DNA of 64,000 bases from Ilumatobacteraceae bacterium (GTDB lineage Bacteria > Actinomycetota > Acidimicrobiia > Acidimicrobiales > Ilumatobacteraceae), in contig JANQYF010000013.1 of NCBI GenBank assembly GCA_030729045.1, forward strand, positions 33,480 to 97,479. The letters run 5' to 3'. Positions within the stretch are counted from its first letter, which is position 1, and each line of letters opens with the position of its first letter. Shown in pieces: positions 55,214 to 64,000 of this stretch. A program made the translations under genes and the position numbers. The notes beneath the pieces were generated by a model, which saw only the letters and a program-made list of their open reading frames with translations, was not told where the DNA came from and did not search any database.

Positions 55214-56109
55214 GCGTCTTTCATGGCATTAAAGAACATGCCAGTTTCTTCAGGAAGGTTTGCAGGAATTTGGTATCCATCAGTGTCGCGAATCTGTGTC
55301 CAGTTGTCGCGTACGTCTTCAAGTGTGAGACCAGGCTTGAAGAAGCCTTGGGTCTCACCAATAAACACGCGTGCAACTCGTCCGCCACCGACAGAGTAGA
55401 TCTCGCCAGAAACATCACAATCTTCGTGGGCAAGCCACGCAACGATTGGCGTGACTAGTGCTGGATCAAGCTTGTCGCCAATCGCACCCATCAAGTTCTC
55501 TGTCATACGTGTTAATGCGAGTGGCGCAATGACGTTTGACTTGATGTTGTACTTCGCGCCTTCAGCGGCAAGCACGCGAGTGAACCCAACAAGGCCCATT
55601 TTCGCCGCGCCGTAGTTTGCCTGGCCGAAGTTGCCGAAAATTCCTGCTGCTGACGATGTTGAGATAACGCGTCCGTAACCCTGTTCACGCATGTGTATCC
55701 ATGCTGGGCGAGTCACGTTGAAGGCACCCTTCAAGTGAACATCAATCACTGGGTCTACAAATTCAGATGTCATGTTGTGGAAAGTCTTGTCACGCAAGAT
55801 CCCTGCGTTGTTGATGACAATGTCAACACGACCGTATGCATCAATTGCGGTCTTGATGATGGACTCTCCACCTTCAGGGGTTGACACGCTGTCGTGGTTT
55901 GCTACTGCTTCTCCACCAGCTGCACGAATCTCATCGACCACTTTTTGTGCGGCACTGGCGTCAGAGCCTCCGCCGTCTACGGCACCGCCGAGGTCATTGA
56001 CCACGATGAGTGCTCCGCGTGAGGCAAGTAAGAGTGCGTGCTGGCGGCCGAGGCCACCACCGGCTCCTGTGATTACTGCAACTTTTCCGTCATATCCCAA
56101 TTTGTTCAT
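55210..56109 (-). CDS. SDR family oxidoreductase (MFE-2/Hsd4A-N-terminal-like hydroxyacyl-CoA dehydrogenase type)
   Basis: 299-aa ORF with VAVITGAGGGLGRQHALLLASRGALIVVNDLGG, NNAG and YGAAK. This pattern is typical of the SDR domain of multifunctional beta-oxidation enzymes. Confidence 0.8.
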   Translation of the reverse strand: MNKLGYDGKVAVITGAGGGLGRQHALLLASRGALIVVNDLGGAVDGGGSDASAAQKVVDEIRAAGGEAVANHDSVSTPEGGESIIKTAIDAYGRVDIVINNAGILRDKTFHNMTSEFVDPVIDVHLKGAFNVTRPAWIHMREQGYGRVISTSSAAGIFGNFGQANYGAAKMGLVGFTRVLAAEGAKYNIKSNVIAPLALTRMTENLMGAIGDKLDPALVTPIVAWLAHEDCDVSGEIYSVGGGRVARVFIGETQGFFKPGLTLEDVRDNWTQIRDTDGYQIPANLPEETGMFFNAMKDA

Positions 56110-56207
56110 TCCAGCAACCGTAGTCGGGCGCCCGTAAAGACTCCGATTTGAGCATTCGGGAAACTCTGGCTGACTATTGAGAATTGCTCTGCGCCTACTG
56201 TGAATGC

Positions 56208-57377
56208 ATGGATGAATTGCTCCCAGGAAACGATGATCCGCGCCGGTGCGTCATTCGTGATTGGCTCGCGACGCACCCGAACCCCACGAATGTTCAACTT
56301 GCTGAATCGGGATATGTGGCTCCGCATTGGCCAGAGCCATGGGGGCTCGGTGCAGACCCTATTCATCAGTTGATTATCGATGATGAATTGGCGCGCGCTG
56401 GCGTGTCACGACCATCGAACCAAATTGGAATTGGATGGGCTGCTCCTACCATCATCTTTGCTGGCACGAAGGAACAAAAAGATCGGTACATCATGCCTGC
56501 TCTCACTGCCGAGGAAATCTGGTGTCAGTTGTTTTCAGAGCCGGGCGCAGGAAGCGACCTGGCAAGTCTTAGTACGCGTGCCGTACGTGACGGAGACGAA
56601 TGGATTGTTAATGGTCAGAAGGTGTGGACCACCGGTGCTCATTATTCAAAGTTCGGAATTCTGATTGCACGAACTGATCCCGATGCACCGAAACACAAAG
56701 GAATCTCGTACTTCATTTGTCCGATGGACTTACCGGGAATTGAGATTCGGACTATCAAGAACATTGCGGGCGCAGAAAGCTTCAATGAAGTGTTCTTTAC
56801 AGATGTGCGCATTCCCCACGCCAATGTTGTTGGTGATGTCAATGATGGGTGGCGGTTAGCAAAAGTCACGTTGGGAAATGAACGCGTCTCATTGTCCACG
56901 GGTGGAGTCCTGTGGGGTAATGGCCCAACAGCACTTGATGTCATTGCTGAAGCCAAGAAATTGCGTATCACGAATCAGACAATGCGACATCGGCTCGTTG
57001 ACATCTATATCGAACACACAATTCTGGAAATCATTCGGATGCGAACATTGACGGCGCGGCTTCGAGGCACACAGCCTGGTCCAGAAGCAAGTATTCGAAA
57101 GATCATGGCCGATGAACATGGCCAAACAGTTATGGAATTGGCCCGTGATATCACTGGGGCCAATGCAATGGTGATCGGACAAGACGATGCCGTTAGTGGC
57201 AAGTCGATCACATCCAAAAGTTGGTACAGCGGGTACATGTTTTCAAAGGCGCTGACTATTGGCGGGGGCACAGGAGAAGTACAGCGAAACATTCTGGGCG
57301 AACGCGTGTTAAAACTTCCATCTGAACCAAATCCGCAGTCCGGACAATCCTGGTCACAGGCCACTTCACAGAAATGA
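56208..57377 (+). CDS. acyl-CoA dehydrogenase family protein
   Basis: ATG 56208 (MDELLPG...). It has WCQLFSEPGAGSDLASL and a C-terminal IGGGTGEVQRNILGERVLKLPSEP. Confidence 0.85.
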   Translation: MDELLPGNDDPRRCVIRDWLATHPNPTNVQLAESGYVAPHWPEPWGLGADPIHQLIIDDELARAGVSRPSNQIGIGWAAPTIIFAGTKEQKDRYIMPALTAEEIWCQLFSEPGAGSDLASLSTRAVRDGDEWIVNGQKVWTTGAHYSKFGILIARTDPDAPKHKGISYFICPMDLPGIEIRTIKNIAGAESFNEVFFTDVRIPHANVVGDVNDGWRLAKVTLGNERVSLSTGGVLWGNGPTALDVIAEAKKLRITNQTMRHRLVDIYIEHTILEIIRMRTLTARLRGTQPGPEASIRKIMADEHGQTVMELARDITGANAMVIGQDDAVSGKSITSKSWYSGYMFSKALTIGGGTGEVQRNILGERVLKLPSEPNPQSGQSWSQATSQK

Positions 57378-57383
57378 CATGAC

Positions 57384-58571
57384 ATGAGCCGAGCAACTGA
57401 ACGAATGACGATTGATCTTCTGGATCCTGCCTTATACCAATCGAATCCACATGATGTGTGGACATGGATGCGCGCAAATGAACCCGTGTACCGAGATGAG
57501 AAAAACAAGTTGTGGGGCATCACACGACACGCAGATGTAATGGACGTTGAACGGCGCTCGTCAGTGTTTTCTTCAGAGGGTGTGTATCGCGCAGTGCTCT
57601 CACCGGGGGAGAGCAACATGATTGCGCAGGATGATCCGCGGCATCGGCAACAACGCATGTTGGTGCAACCACAACTAACTCATGCAGGTGTCGCGACGCG
57701 CACCGCAGAAGTAGAAGCGCTAGTGGTAGAACTGGTTGCAGAAGCAGTAGCGCAAGGCGAGTTCGATGTTGTTGAACTGATAGCGGGGCAACTACCTGCT
57801 CGCATGACTGCACGCTTGCTTGGGTTTCCTGAAGAAATGTGGCCTGAAGTTAAGTCATGGAGCGAGCGATTGATGCGCACAGATATGCGCGATCGCGATC
57901 CGCTCATCATGAACGAATTCATTGATGCAAACCGTGAATTTCTTGGCGCGATGATGCCCATCATGCAAGAAGTCACCGCGTGCCCGCGTAACGACTTCAT
58001 GTCAATCTGGGCCAATGCAGAAATTGATGGACAGAAATTACCGCCTGAAGCGATTTTTCATGAAGTGGGCTTGTTCATTGCAGGTGGTGCTGAAACAACA
58101 CGAACCGCAATCAGTCATGGTCTGCGAGCATTCGTAGACCATCCTGACCAATGGGAAGAAATGGCCGCCAAACCAGAACTCATAAATTCTGCAGTTGAAG
58201 AAGTGCTGCGTTGGGTGACGCCACTAAATAACTTCTTTCGGATGGCATTAACTGACGATGTTGTAGGTGGTCAGCCAATCGCAGCGGGGGACCGAATCAT
58301 CATGTTGTACCCATCGGCCAATCGTGATGAAGCGGTCTTCGAAAATCCATTTGAGTTTGACATTCATAGGAATCCGAACCCTCATCTTTCATTCGGATTC
58401 GGAACGCACCTGTGCATCGGGGCAAACCTCGCCCGGCTTGTTCTGACAACCGTGTTTCGCGAACTTTCCGGTCGTGCCACTGGTCTGTCCGTAGTGAGCG
58501 AACCAGATGTTGAGGCCAATATCTTTGCTCGGGCCGTGAAGTCGTTCCAGATAAGGGTCACACCTCGCTAG
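57384..58571 (+). CDS. cytochrome P450
   Basis: 395-aa ORF with the I-helix AGGAETTR, the ExxR motif (EEVLRW), and the heme-thiolate loop FGFGTHLCIGANLAR. Confidence 0.9.
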   Translation: MSRATERMTIDLLDPALYQSNPHDVWTWMRANEPVYRDEKNKLWGITRHADVMDVERRSSVFSSEGVYRAVLSPGESNMIAQDDPRHRQQRMLVQPQLTHAGVATRTAEVEALVVELVAEAVAQGEFDVVELIAGQLPARMTARLLGFPEEMWPEVKSWSERLMRTDMRDRDPLIMNEFIDANREFLGAMMPIMQEVTACPRNDFMSIWANAEIDGQKLPPEAIFHEVGLFIAGGAETTRTAISHGLRAFVDHPDQWEEMAAKPELINSAVEEVLRWVTPLNNFFRMALTDDVVGGQPIAAGDRIIMLYPSANRDEAVFENPFEFDIHRNPNPHLSFGFGTHLCIGANLARLVLTTVFRELSGRATGLSVVSEPDVEANIFARAVKSFQIRVTPR

Positions 58572-58612
58572 TTGCCATGCGAACTGGGTTACGCCACAAG
58601 TAACCTGAACTA

Positions 58613-59710
58613 ATGCGTAGAAATCTCCTCACTGCCGCTCTCGTTATCTCGTGCCTTTCTCTAGTTGGTTGTTCGACGAACAACTCAGTAGAGCAACCCA
58701 CAGATGACCTCAGTCAGGGAAACATCAGTGACCCTGCTGTCTCTGAAGCCAAATTGCAAGAGGCTGGTGCCGATTGCATGGCTGGTGCAGAAGTTAAAGG
58801 TCGTCCAGTGCGCGTTGTGACTACCGTTGCTCCCATCACAAATCTGGTCGGACTGATTGCGGGTGACATCGGGCCAATCGTGCAGGGCATAGTTCCTGAA
58901 GGAACTAATTCACATACCTTTGAACCTCCACCAAGTGCTGTAGCAACGTTGGAGACTGCGGACATCATTTTTGTGAATGGAATGATGCTTGAAGACCCAA
59001 CTCTTGAGTTGGCTAAAGCCAATGCACCGAAAGCCGTCATTTGTGAATTGGGAACTTCGTCTCTTGCTGAAAGTGATTGGATATACGATTTTTCTTTCCC
59101 GAAAGAAGGCGGCAAACCTAATCCACATTTGTGGACGAACCCTCCAAACGTTTTGCCGTATTTGTCAACCATCCGTAATGTTCTGGTAAATGCTGACCCA
59201 ACCAATATTGACAAGTACGACGCAAACTATGTGCTCGTTTCACGGCTAGTAATGAATCTTGATGAGGCAATGAAGGTGGCCACGGCAACGATTCCTGCGA
59301 ATGACAGAAACCTGCTGACGTACCACGATGCCTACGCGTATTTTGCACGTCACTTTGAATATGAAGTGATTGGTGCTATCCAGCCGCAGTCATTTGAAGA
59401 GCCTTCACCGAAAGATATTGCTGACCTGATTGACCAAGTGAAGGCAAAGAAGGTCAAGGCTATTTTCGGAAGTGAAGTGTTTCCGTCTCCAGTGCTTGAG
59501 CAAATTGGCAAAGAGACTGGCGTTCGCTACATCGATGTATTGCGCGACGACGATTTGCCAGGGGAGCCTGGCGATGCAGAACATTCGTGGGCTGGGCTGA
59601 TGAAGTTCAATTACATCACGATTGTTGAAGCGCTCGGCGGTGATGCAACGGCATTGAAAGCTGTTTCCATTGACGCAAAGATTTCCGATAAGGCGACCTA
59701 TCTGCAGTGA
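58613..59710 (+). CDS. metal ABC transporter substrate-binding lipoprotein (TroA/ZnuA/MntC family)
   Basis: 365-aa ORF with a lipoprotein signal (LSLVGCS) and cluster-9 SBP features (NSHTFEP, NPHLW, YHDAYAYF). Confidence 0.83.
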   Translation: MRRNLLTAALVISCLSLVGCSTNNSVEQPTDDLSQGNISDPAVSEAKLQEAGADCMAGAEVKGRPVRVVTTVAPITNLVGLIAGDIGPIVQGIVPEGTNSHTFEPPPSAVATLETADIIFVNGMMLEDPTLELAKANAPKAVICELGTSSLAESDWIYDFSFPKEGGKPNPHLWTNPPNVLPYLSTIRNVLVNADPTNIDKYDANYVLVSRLVMNLDEAMKVATATIPANDRNLLTYHDAYAYFARHFEYEVIGAIQPQSFEEPSPKDIADLIDQVKAKKVKAIFGSEVFPSPVLEQIGKETGVRYIDVLRDDDLPGEPGDAEHSWAGLMKFNYITIVEALGGDATALKAVSIDAKISDKATYLQ

Positions 59711-60486
59711 TAGGTGAAGTACTTGTTGAATGTGCGCATATGTCATGCGCATACAACTCAACGCTTGCAATCAAAAGCATCGATCTCACGATTCGTAAGG
59801 GCGACTTCGTAGGCATAGTTGGTCCATCTGGCTCAGGTAAAACCACTTTGCTGAAGGCGATTCTCGGATCAATCACTCCTGTCGAAGGTCACATAACGAA
59901 AAAGCCACATTTGCGCATGGGGTACGTGCCCCAAGTGGAAACAGTTGACTGGAATTTTCCTGTAACCGTTCTTGAAGTGGTTGTAATGACTAGGTCGTCA
60001 ACCGGTCGACTGCCTCGGGTGACTAAAGATGAGCGTGCCGATGCATTGTTGGTTCTCGAGCGTTTGGGTCTCGGGGGTCTTGAAAATAGGCATATTCGCG
60101 AACTGTCTGGTGGGCAACAACAGAGAGTGTTCGTAGCTCGTGCATTGTTCCACCGCCCGGAGCTTTTGGTGCTCGACGAGCCAACGTCTGGCGTTGATGT
60201 TCGTACGCGTCATGAGGTGCTGCATCTGCTTGCTGACCTTCATGATGAAGGTGTTTCAATCATTCTTTCCACTCATGATCTGAATGGATTAGCAGCGCAC
60301 TTACCGAGACTGGTGTGTTTGAATTCTGAAATCATTGCTGACGGATTACCCGTTGATGTGTTAACCCCAGAAATTCTCGAGCAGACTTTCGGTGCCCCAA
60401 TGGAAGTTCTTGTTCATGGCGGAATGCCTGTTGTTGTTGATGGTGTTGGTGCTGATATTGCTGAACGAATGTCTCGGTTGGCATAG
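59707..60486 (+). CDS. metal ABC transporter ATP-binding protein
   Basis: 259-aa ORF with Walker A GPSGSGKTT, the signature LSGGQQQR and Walker B LLVLDEP. Its GTG start overlaps the SBP stop (GTGA). Confidence 0.9.
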   Translation: MIGEVLVECAHMSCAYNSTLAIKSIDLTIRKGDFVGIVGPSGSGKTTLLKAILGSITPVEGHITKKPHLRMGYVPQVETVDWNFPVTVLEVVVMTRSSTGRLPRVTKDERADALLVLERLGLGGLENRHIRELSGGQQQRVFVARALFHRPELLVLDEPTSGVDVRTRHEVLHLLADLHDEGVSIILSTHDLNGLAAHLPRLVCLNSEIIADGLPVDVLTPEILEQTFGAPMEVLVHGGMPVVVDGVGADIAERMSRLA

Positions 60487-60489
60487 ATC

Positions 60490-61344
60490 ATGATTCATGT
60501 AATCGCTGGGCTTACGACCCCATTTCGCTATCAGTTCTTTAACAACGGAATCATTGTTGCCACCATTGCCGGCGCCTTGTGCGGATTGCTTGGTGTGTTT
60601 GTTGTTTTGCGAGGCATGAGCTACATCGGACACGGACTTTCACACGCAGTCTTTGGCGGTGCTGCGGCATCAGCGGTAATGAATATCAATTACTTCGTCG
60701 GTGCCGGAGTGTGGGGAGTCGCGTCTGGTGTCATCATTGGCCGCATTGCGCGCCGACGTTTGATTGGGGCAGATGCAGCAATCGGAGTAGTTACAACTGC
60801 TTCGTTTGCGTTGGGTCTTGCCCTGTTGAATCGTTATGGCCAGGCCAAGAAAAGTATTGAGGCCGTTCTGTTCGGAAGCGTCTTGGGCGTGAAAACGATT
60901 GACATCGTTGCTGTATCTGCAGTTGCGATTCTCAGTGTTGTCATTGTGGTCGCGCTGTATCGGGCGTTCCTCTTTGCCACATTCGACCCAGAAGTTGCTC
61001 AGGTTTCAGGAGTTCGCGTGGCATGGATAGAAGCCTTGCTTATGGGGCTTTTGTCGCTGACAATTCTTGTGACAATGCGTGTAATCGGAACCCTCCTCAT
61101 CTCTGCACTCTTGGTTATTCCTGCTTCCATTGCACGAATGTTGACAAACTCGTTCGCGCGTATGTTGTGGATCTCGCCAATTATCGGAGGAATGTCGGCG
61201 TTCACCGGCATGTACCTGTCGTACTTCCTTGATACATCAGCAAGTGCAACCATTATTCTGACTGGCACCTTGATGTTCATCGTGGTGTACGCAGTCACCG
61301 GCATCCGTGGACGAACCAGAATCTCTGGTCTGCACCACATCTGA
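60490..61344 (+). CDS. metal ABC transporter permease
   Basis: 284-aa polytopic ORF of ABC-3 (ZnuB/MntC-like) type, placed directly after the ATPase gene. Confidence 0.85.
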   Translation: MIHVIAGLTTPFRYQFFNNGIIVATIAGALCGLLGVFVVLRGMSYIGHGLSHAVFGGAAASAVMNINYFVGAGVWGVASGVIIGRIARRRLIGADAAIGVVTTASFALGLALLNRYGQAKKSIEAVLFGSVLGVKTIDIVAVSAVAILSVVIVVALYRAFLFATFDPEVAQVSGVRVAWIEALLMGLLSLTILVTMRVIGTLLISALLVIPASIARMLTNSFARMLWISPIIGGMSAFTGMYLSYFLDTSASATIILTGTLMFIVVYAVTGIRGRTRISGLHHI

Positions 61345-61346
61345 TT

Positions 61347-62630
61347 TTACCCAGTAGGTAAAGACCATTCGGCGCCAGCTGGCGTGTCGCGTACTTCAAT
61401 ATTGAGTGAAGCGAACACATCGCGAATGATGTCTGAGAGGTCAAAACGCTTCTCGGCACGCACGGTGGCCCGCACTGACAGCATGGCTTCAACGAATGGT
61501 GCCACGACTTCTCGCGGATCACGGACACCGCCAATGGCAGCATCACCTAATTGACTAATCATCGACCGAAGTGTGCCGCGAGCGCGCACGAGCACATCGC
61601 TTTGCAACGTGTCGATTGACCAGTCCTGCATTGATTGTTCTAGAGACAAAACTGCGCGTACAGCGGCTAGTGCGTCACGCTGTTGCATCGCTTGGTCAAA
61701 TTGTTGAATTGACTCAGCAAGTGCGGCATCAAGTGAATTGGCTTGAGCCGGTTCAGCGATTGTCGCAATAGGCGTGGTTGCGATGGAATGGCTAGACGAA
61801 ACTTCGCTAGATCCTGTTAACAACGACGTGGGTGTCTGGAGAAGTGAAAGCGGAATGACGGATCCAGTTGGGTAGACAAATGAGTCACTGCGTAATCGGA
61901 TAGTGACATTGCTGTTGCCAACAACAGTTGCTGTTGCTGCATCGATATCGATAATTAATCCAGTATGTTCATCAACTCCGAGTACATACGTGTCTTCATC
62001 TAACAATGATTCAAACATTTGCAGACGAGCCTCGCCGAGATAACAGAATCGAGTGTCGTGATTCGCACCTTCCGTATTGTCGTAGTGAGGAATAAGCGCT
62101 GCATTGATGCCAATAGCCGCGAGAATGTCTAAGCCGTCAAGGGCCTGAACGTCTTGCCCAACCTTGTACACCTCGTACACCGGCACTGTTGCTTTTCCGA
62201 GTGTGAGAGCAGCAGCTGAAGCAAAGGTCACAATTCCGCCGTTAGTGAGTTTGTCAATCATGATTCTGGCGACAGAAGATCCAGACCATTGACGCAACGC
62301 ATATGTAGGTGAACCAGGACCAGCAAAAATGTAGTCAGCGTCGGAAAGTGCGCGGAGCCCGCGTTCGATTGCTACGGGGTCTGCTGCAATGTGTGTGTCG
62401 TGCAAGCGGACGAGTCCGGCGACAACGAGATCAACATTGATAGACGTTTTGAAATACTCAACAGCCTTTGTGGCAAGTTCAGGTGCGTTTTCCTGAAACC
62501 CGTACGGAGTGTCAAGTACGACCGCTTTTACTGGTGACGGCAGCAACGACGTTAGGCGACGGTGCGTGGTGACCATGGTGGGCGCTGTTTCACCCGAGCC
62601 CATGATTGCGAGAATGCGCGGAAGGCTCAT
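61347..62630 (-). CDS. hypothetical two-domain protein (N-terminal alpha/beta domain; C-terminal CysRS-C-terminal-like helical tail)
   Basis: 427-aa ORF with N-terminal ILAIMGSGETAP...VVLDTPYGF. The C-terminal RAEKRFDLSDIIRDVFASLNIEVRDTPAGAEWSL resembles the extreme C-terminus of cysteinyl-tRNA synthetase/MshC. It overlaps the upstream hydrolase gene by 4 nt. Confidence 0.6.
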   Translation of the reverse strand: MSLPRILAIMGSGETAPTMVTTHRRLTSLLPSPVKAVVLDTPYGFQENAPELATKAVEYFKTSINVDLVVAGLVRLHDTHIAADPVAIERGLRALSDADYIFAGPGSPTYALRQWSGSSVARIMIDKLTNGGIVTFASAAALTLGKATVPVYEVYKVGQDVQALDGLDILAAIGINAALIPHYDNTEGANHDTRFCYLGEARLQMFESLLDEDTYVLGVDEHTGLIIDIDAATATVVGNSNVTIRLRSDSFVYPTGSVIPLSLLQTPTSLLTGSSEVSSSHSIATTPIATIAEPAQANSLDAALAESIQQFDQAMQQRDALAAVRAVLSLEQSMQDWSIDTLQSDVLVRARGTLRSMISQLGDAAIGGVRDPREVVAPFVEAMLSVRATVRAEKRFDLSDIIRDVFASLNIEVRDTPAGAEWSLPTG

Positions 62631-63514
62631 GAGAAAAATCCTGAAGTAATTGCGTCGTCAACTACGCCTGCAAATTGCAGTGGAAATTGTGCATGCAAAT
62701 CATGATCTGCTGGCGTGAACCATTCGACTCGGCCATGTGCAAGGTTGTCGAGTGCGAACTGAATCTGCGCACGTTTCGATTGGGTGTGGTGGTCTTCTGA
62801 GCGAGAGGCAGGCGTAAACATGACTGGCACCTTTATCTCTGACCACAACATTGAAGGCTTGTGCATCCATAGCCCGTGCAAAACGTCGATGTGTCGATCA
62901 AAGGTGAGGTGTGGGCGAATGGTGTTGTCCGCCATGCGTTCCATGTTGTGCATCTGGCCATCAATCGCTTCTTCGCTCCAATCAAGATGTGCGGCGCGAA
63001 TGTACGAACGAAGTTTGTCGTACTGCATGCCAGCAATTGCTGGTGGCGCCATCGTCACCTTGCACTGTTCCCATTCAGGGAACGCTTCTGATAACTCGAT
63101 ACTTCCACCATCGACAGCAACGATTCCACGAATTGTGTCGCCGTATCGATGTGCATATTCCACCACAATATTTCCGCCCCACGATTGCCCAAGGACAAGA
63201 GGGCGTACCCAGTTGCGCTGACGTGCACCGAGCGCGTTGACCACATCAAGTACGTCGTCGGCAATATTTGCCATGTCGTATCCGGTGTTGGGTTTGTCGC
63301 TGAGGCCGTGTCCGCGAAGGTCAATTGCAGTTACTGCGTGACCAAGTTCGGCGAGGCGTCGCGCTGGTCCGTCCCACAGACGGGCGTTTGAGGCAAGACC
63401 GTGAATAAGAAGGATGGGAATGCCGGGGGATTCGTCAACCGACGACCATTGCAACATGCGCAGGGAAATACCGTCACGAGTTGAAATATGGAACGTATTC
63501 GGTGTGATTGTCAC
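62627..63514 (-). CDS. alpha/beta hydrolase
   Basis: It has PILLIHGL, the GQSWGG nucleophile elbow, and a C-terminal DH pair. The ORF-track start (63622) overlaps the divergent LLM gene's start, so in-frame GTG 63514 (VTITPNTFHIS...) is preferred. The start remains uncertain. Confidence 0.72.
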   Translation of the reverse strand: MTITPNTFHISTRDGISLRMLQWSSVDESPGIPILLIHGLASNARLWDGPARRLAELGHAVTAIDLRGHGLSDKPNTGYDMANIADDVLDVVNALGARQRNWVRPLVLGQSWGGNIVVEYAHRYGDTIRGIVAVDGGSIELSEAFPEWEQCKVTMAPPAIAGMQYDKLRSYIRAAHLDWSEEAIDGQMHNMERMADNTIRPHLTFDRHIDVLHGLWMHKPSMLWSEIKVPVMFTPASRSEDHHTQSKRAQIQFALDNLAHGRVEWFTPADHDLHAQFPLQFAGVVDDAITSGFFS

Positions 63515-63620
63515 GCCTGCATTGTCGCACCAGATCGGCAATTTGGCACCTAGATTCTCAGAACTCGCAAGGGTGACTCTTGTCGTTCTAGAGTTGCGGA
63601 ACGTCTTCAAGGGAGAAACC

Positions 63621-64000
63621 ATGAAATTGTCAATGGGAATCAGTTATTCAGATGGCTTCAAGCAAGCTGCCGACCGGGTCGTCGAACTCGAAAAGGCCGG
63701 CCTCGACCAAGTGTGGATCGCAGAGGCATACACCTTTGATGCAATCTCACAAGTGGGCTACCTCGCCGCAAAAACAAATCGCATCGAAATCGGTACTGGC
63801 ATCGTGAATGTGTACTCACGTACAGCTGCGTTGATGGCAATGACAGCTGCCGGTTGTGACTACGTCAGCGATGGTCGTTTCATTCTTGGTCTCGGTGCAT
63901 CTGGACCTCAGGTAATCGAAGGCTTCCACGGTGTTCCATACGAAAAGCCAATGCAACGCATTAAGGAATACATCGAAGTGTGTCGCAATGTGTGGGCACG
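63621..64000 (+). CDS. LLM class F420-dependent oxidoreductase (Rv3520c-like clade), 3'-truncated by the window end
   Basis: Hand-translated from ATG 63621, with GGGAGA upstream: MKLSMGISYSDGFKQAADRVVELEKAGLDQVWIAEAYTFDAISQVGYLAAKTNRIEIGTGIVNVYSRT... The frame is open to the end of the window. Confidence 0.8.
   Translation, partial: MKLSMGISYSDGFKQAADRVVELEKAGLDQVWIAEAYTFDAISQVGYLAAKTNRIEIGTGIVNVYSRTAALMAMTAAGCDYVSDGRFILGLGASGPQVIEGFHGVPYEKPMQRIKEYIEVCRNVWA

Overview
This 64-kb window reads as a very compact chromosome segment of Actinomycetota type. GC is roughly 50% by eye. I support about 62 protein-coding genes and 2 tRNAs (tRNA-Gln-CTG, tRNA-Glu-CTC). I saw no rRNA, CRISPR array, transposase, integrase or phage gene. 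Many neighbouring genes overlap by 1-4 nt, and several convergent pairs share their stop codons.

The lineage call is an inference from gene content:
- three luciferase-like (LLM) oxidoreductases of the F420-dependent clades
- an Mca-type mycothiol amidase and a mycothiol-dependent DinB-fold enzyme
- actinobacterial-type DapD, a divergent accA/birA pair, an LpdA(Rv3303c)-like flavoprotein, and glf-glfT2

Content falls into three groups:
- Housekeeping: cimA, gltX, lysS-dapD, uppP, accA, birA, nudC, cobB, and a MoeZ-like enzyme.
- Fatty-acid or steroid-like catabolism: 4 acyl-CoA dehydrogenases, 2 crotonases, an acyl-CoA synthetase, a thiolase, SDRs, a P450, the large subunit of a split methylmalonyl-CoA mutase, and a PAP2 plus WS/DGAT pair.
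- Scattered cell-envelope enzymes: glf/glfT2, LCP, M15 peptidase, a SpoIID-SGNH-PG-binding fusion, an AT3/beta-lactamase-fold fusion, and a secreted SGNH hydrolase. A metal ABC importer and a PAS-GGDEF-EAL protein are also present.

I did not find a convincing defence island or a clearly novel multi-gene system. The best second-look items are:
1. an Ile-run leader ORF plus terminator upstream of cimA (candidate attenuator)
2. a complete PAS domain encoded upstream of the first canonical start codon of the GGDEF-EAL gene
3. an AT3 acyltransferase fused to a beta-lactamase-fold serine hydrolase
4. a domain-swapped rhodanese-ThiF (MoeZ-like) enzyme
5. an unknown two-domain protein with a CysRS-C-terminal-like tail
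6. a tRNA-Gln whose CCA end lies 1 nt from the next start codon
7. Thr-rich C-terminal tails on two secreted hydrolases

All functional calls rest on motifs read by eye and on recalled family knowledge. No searches or folding computations were run.
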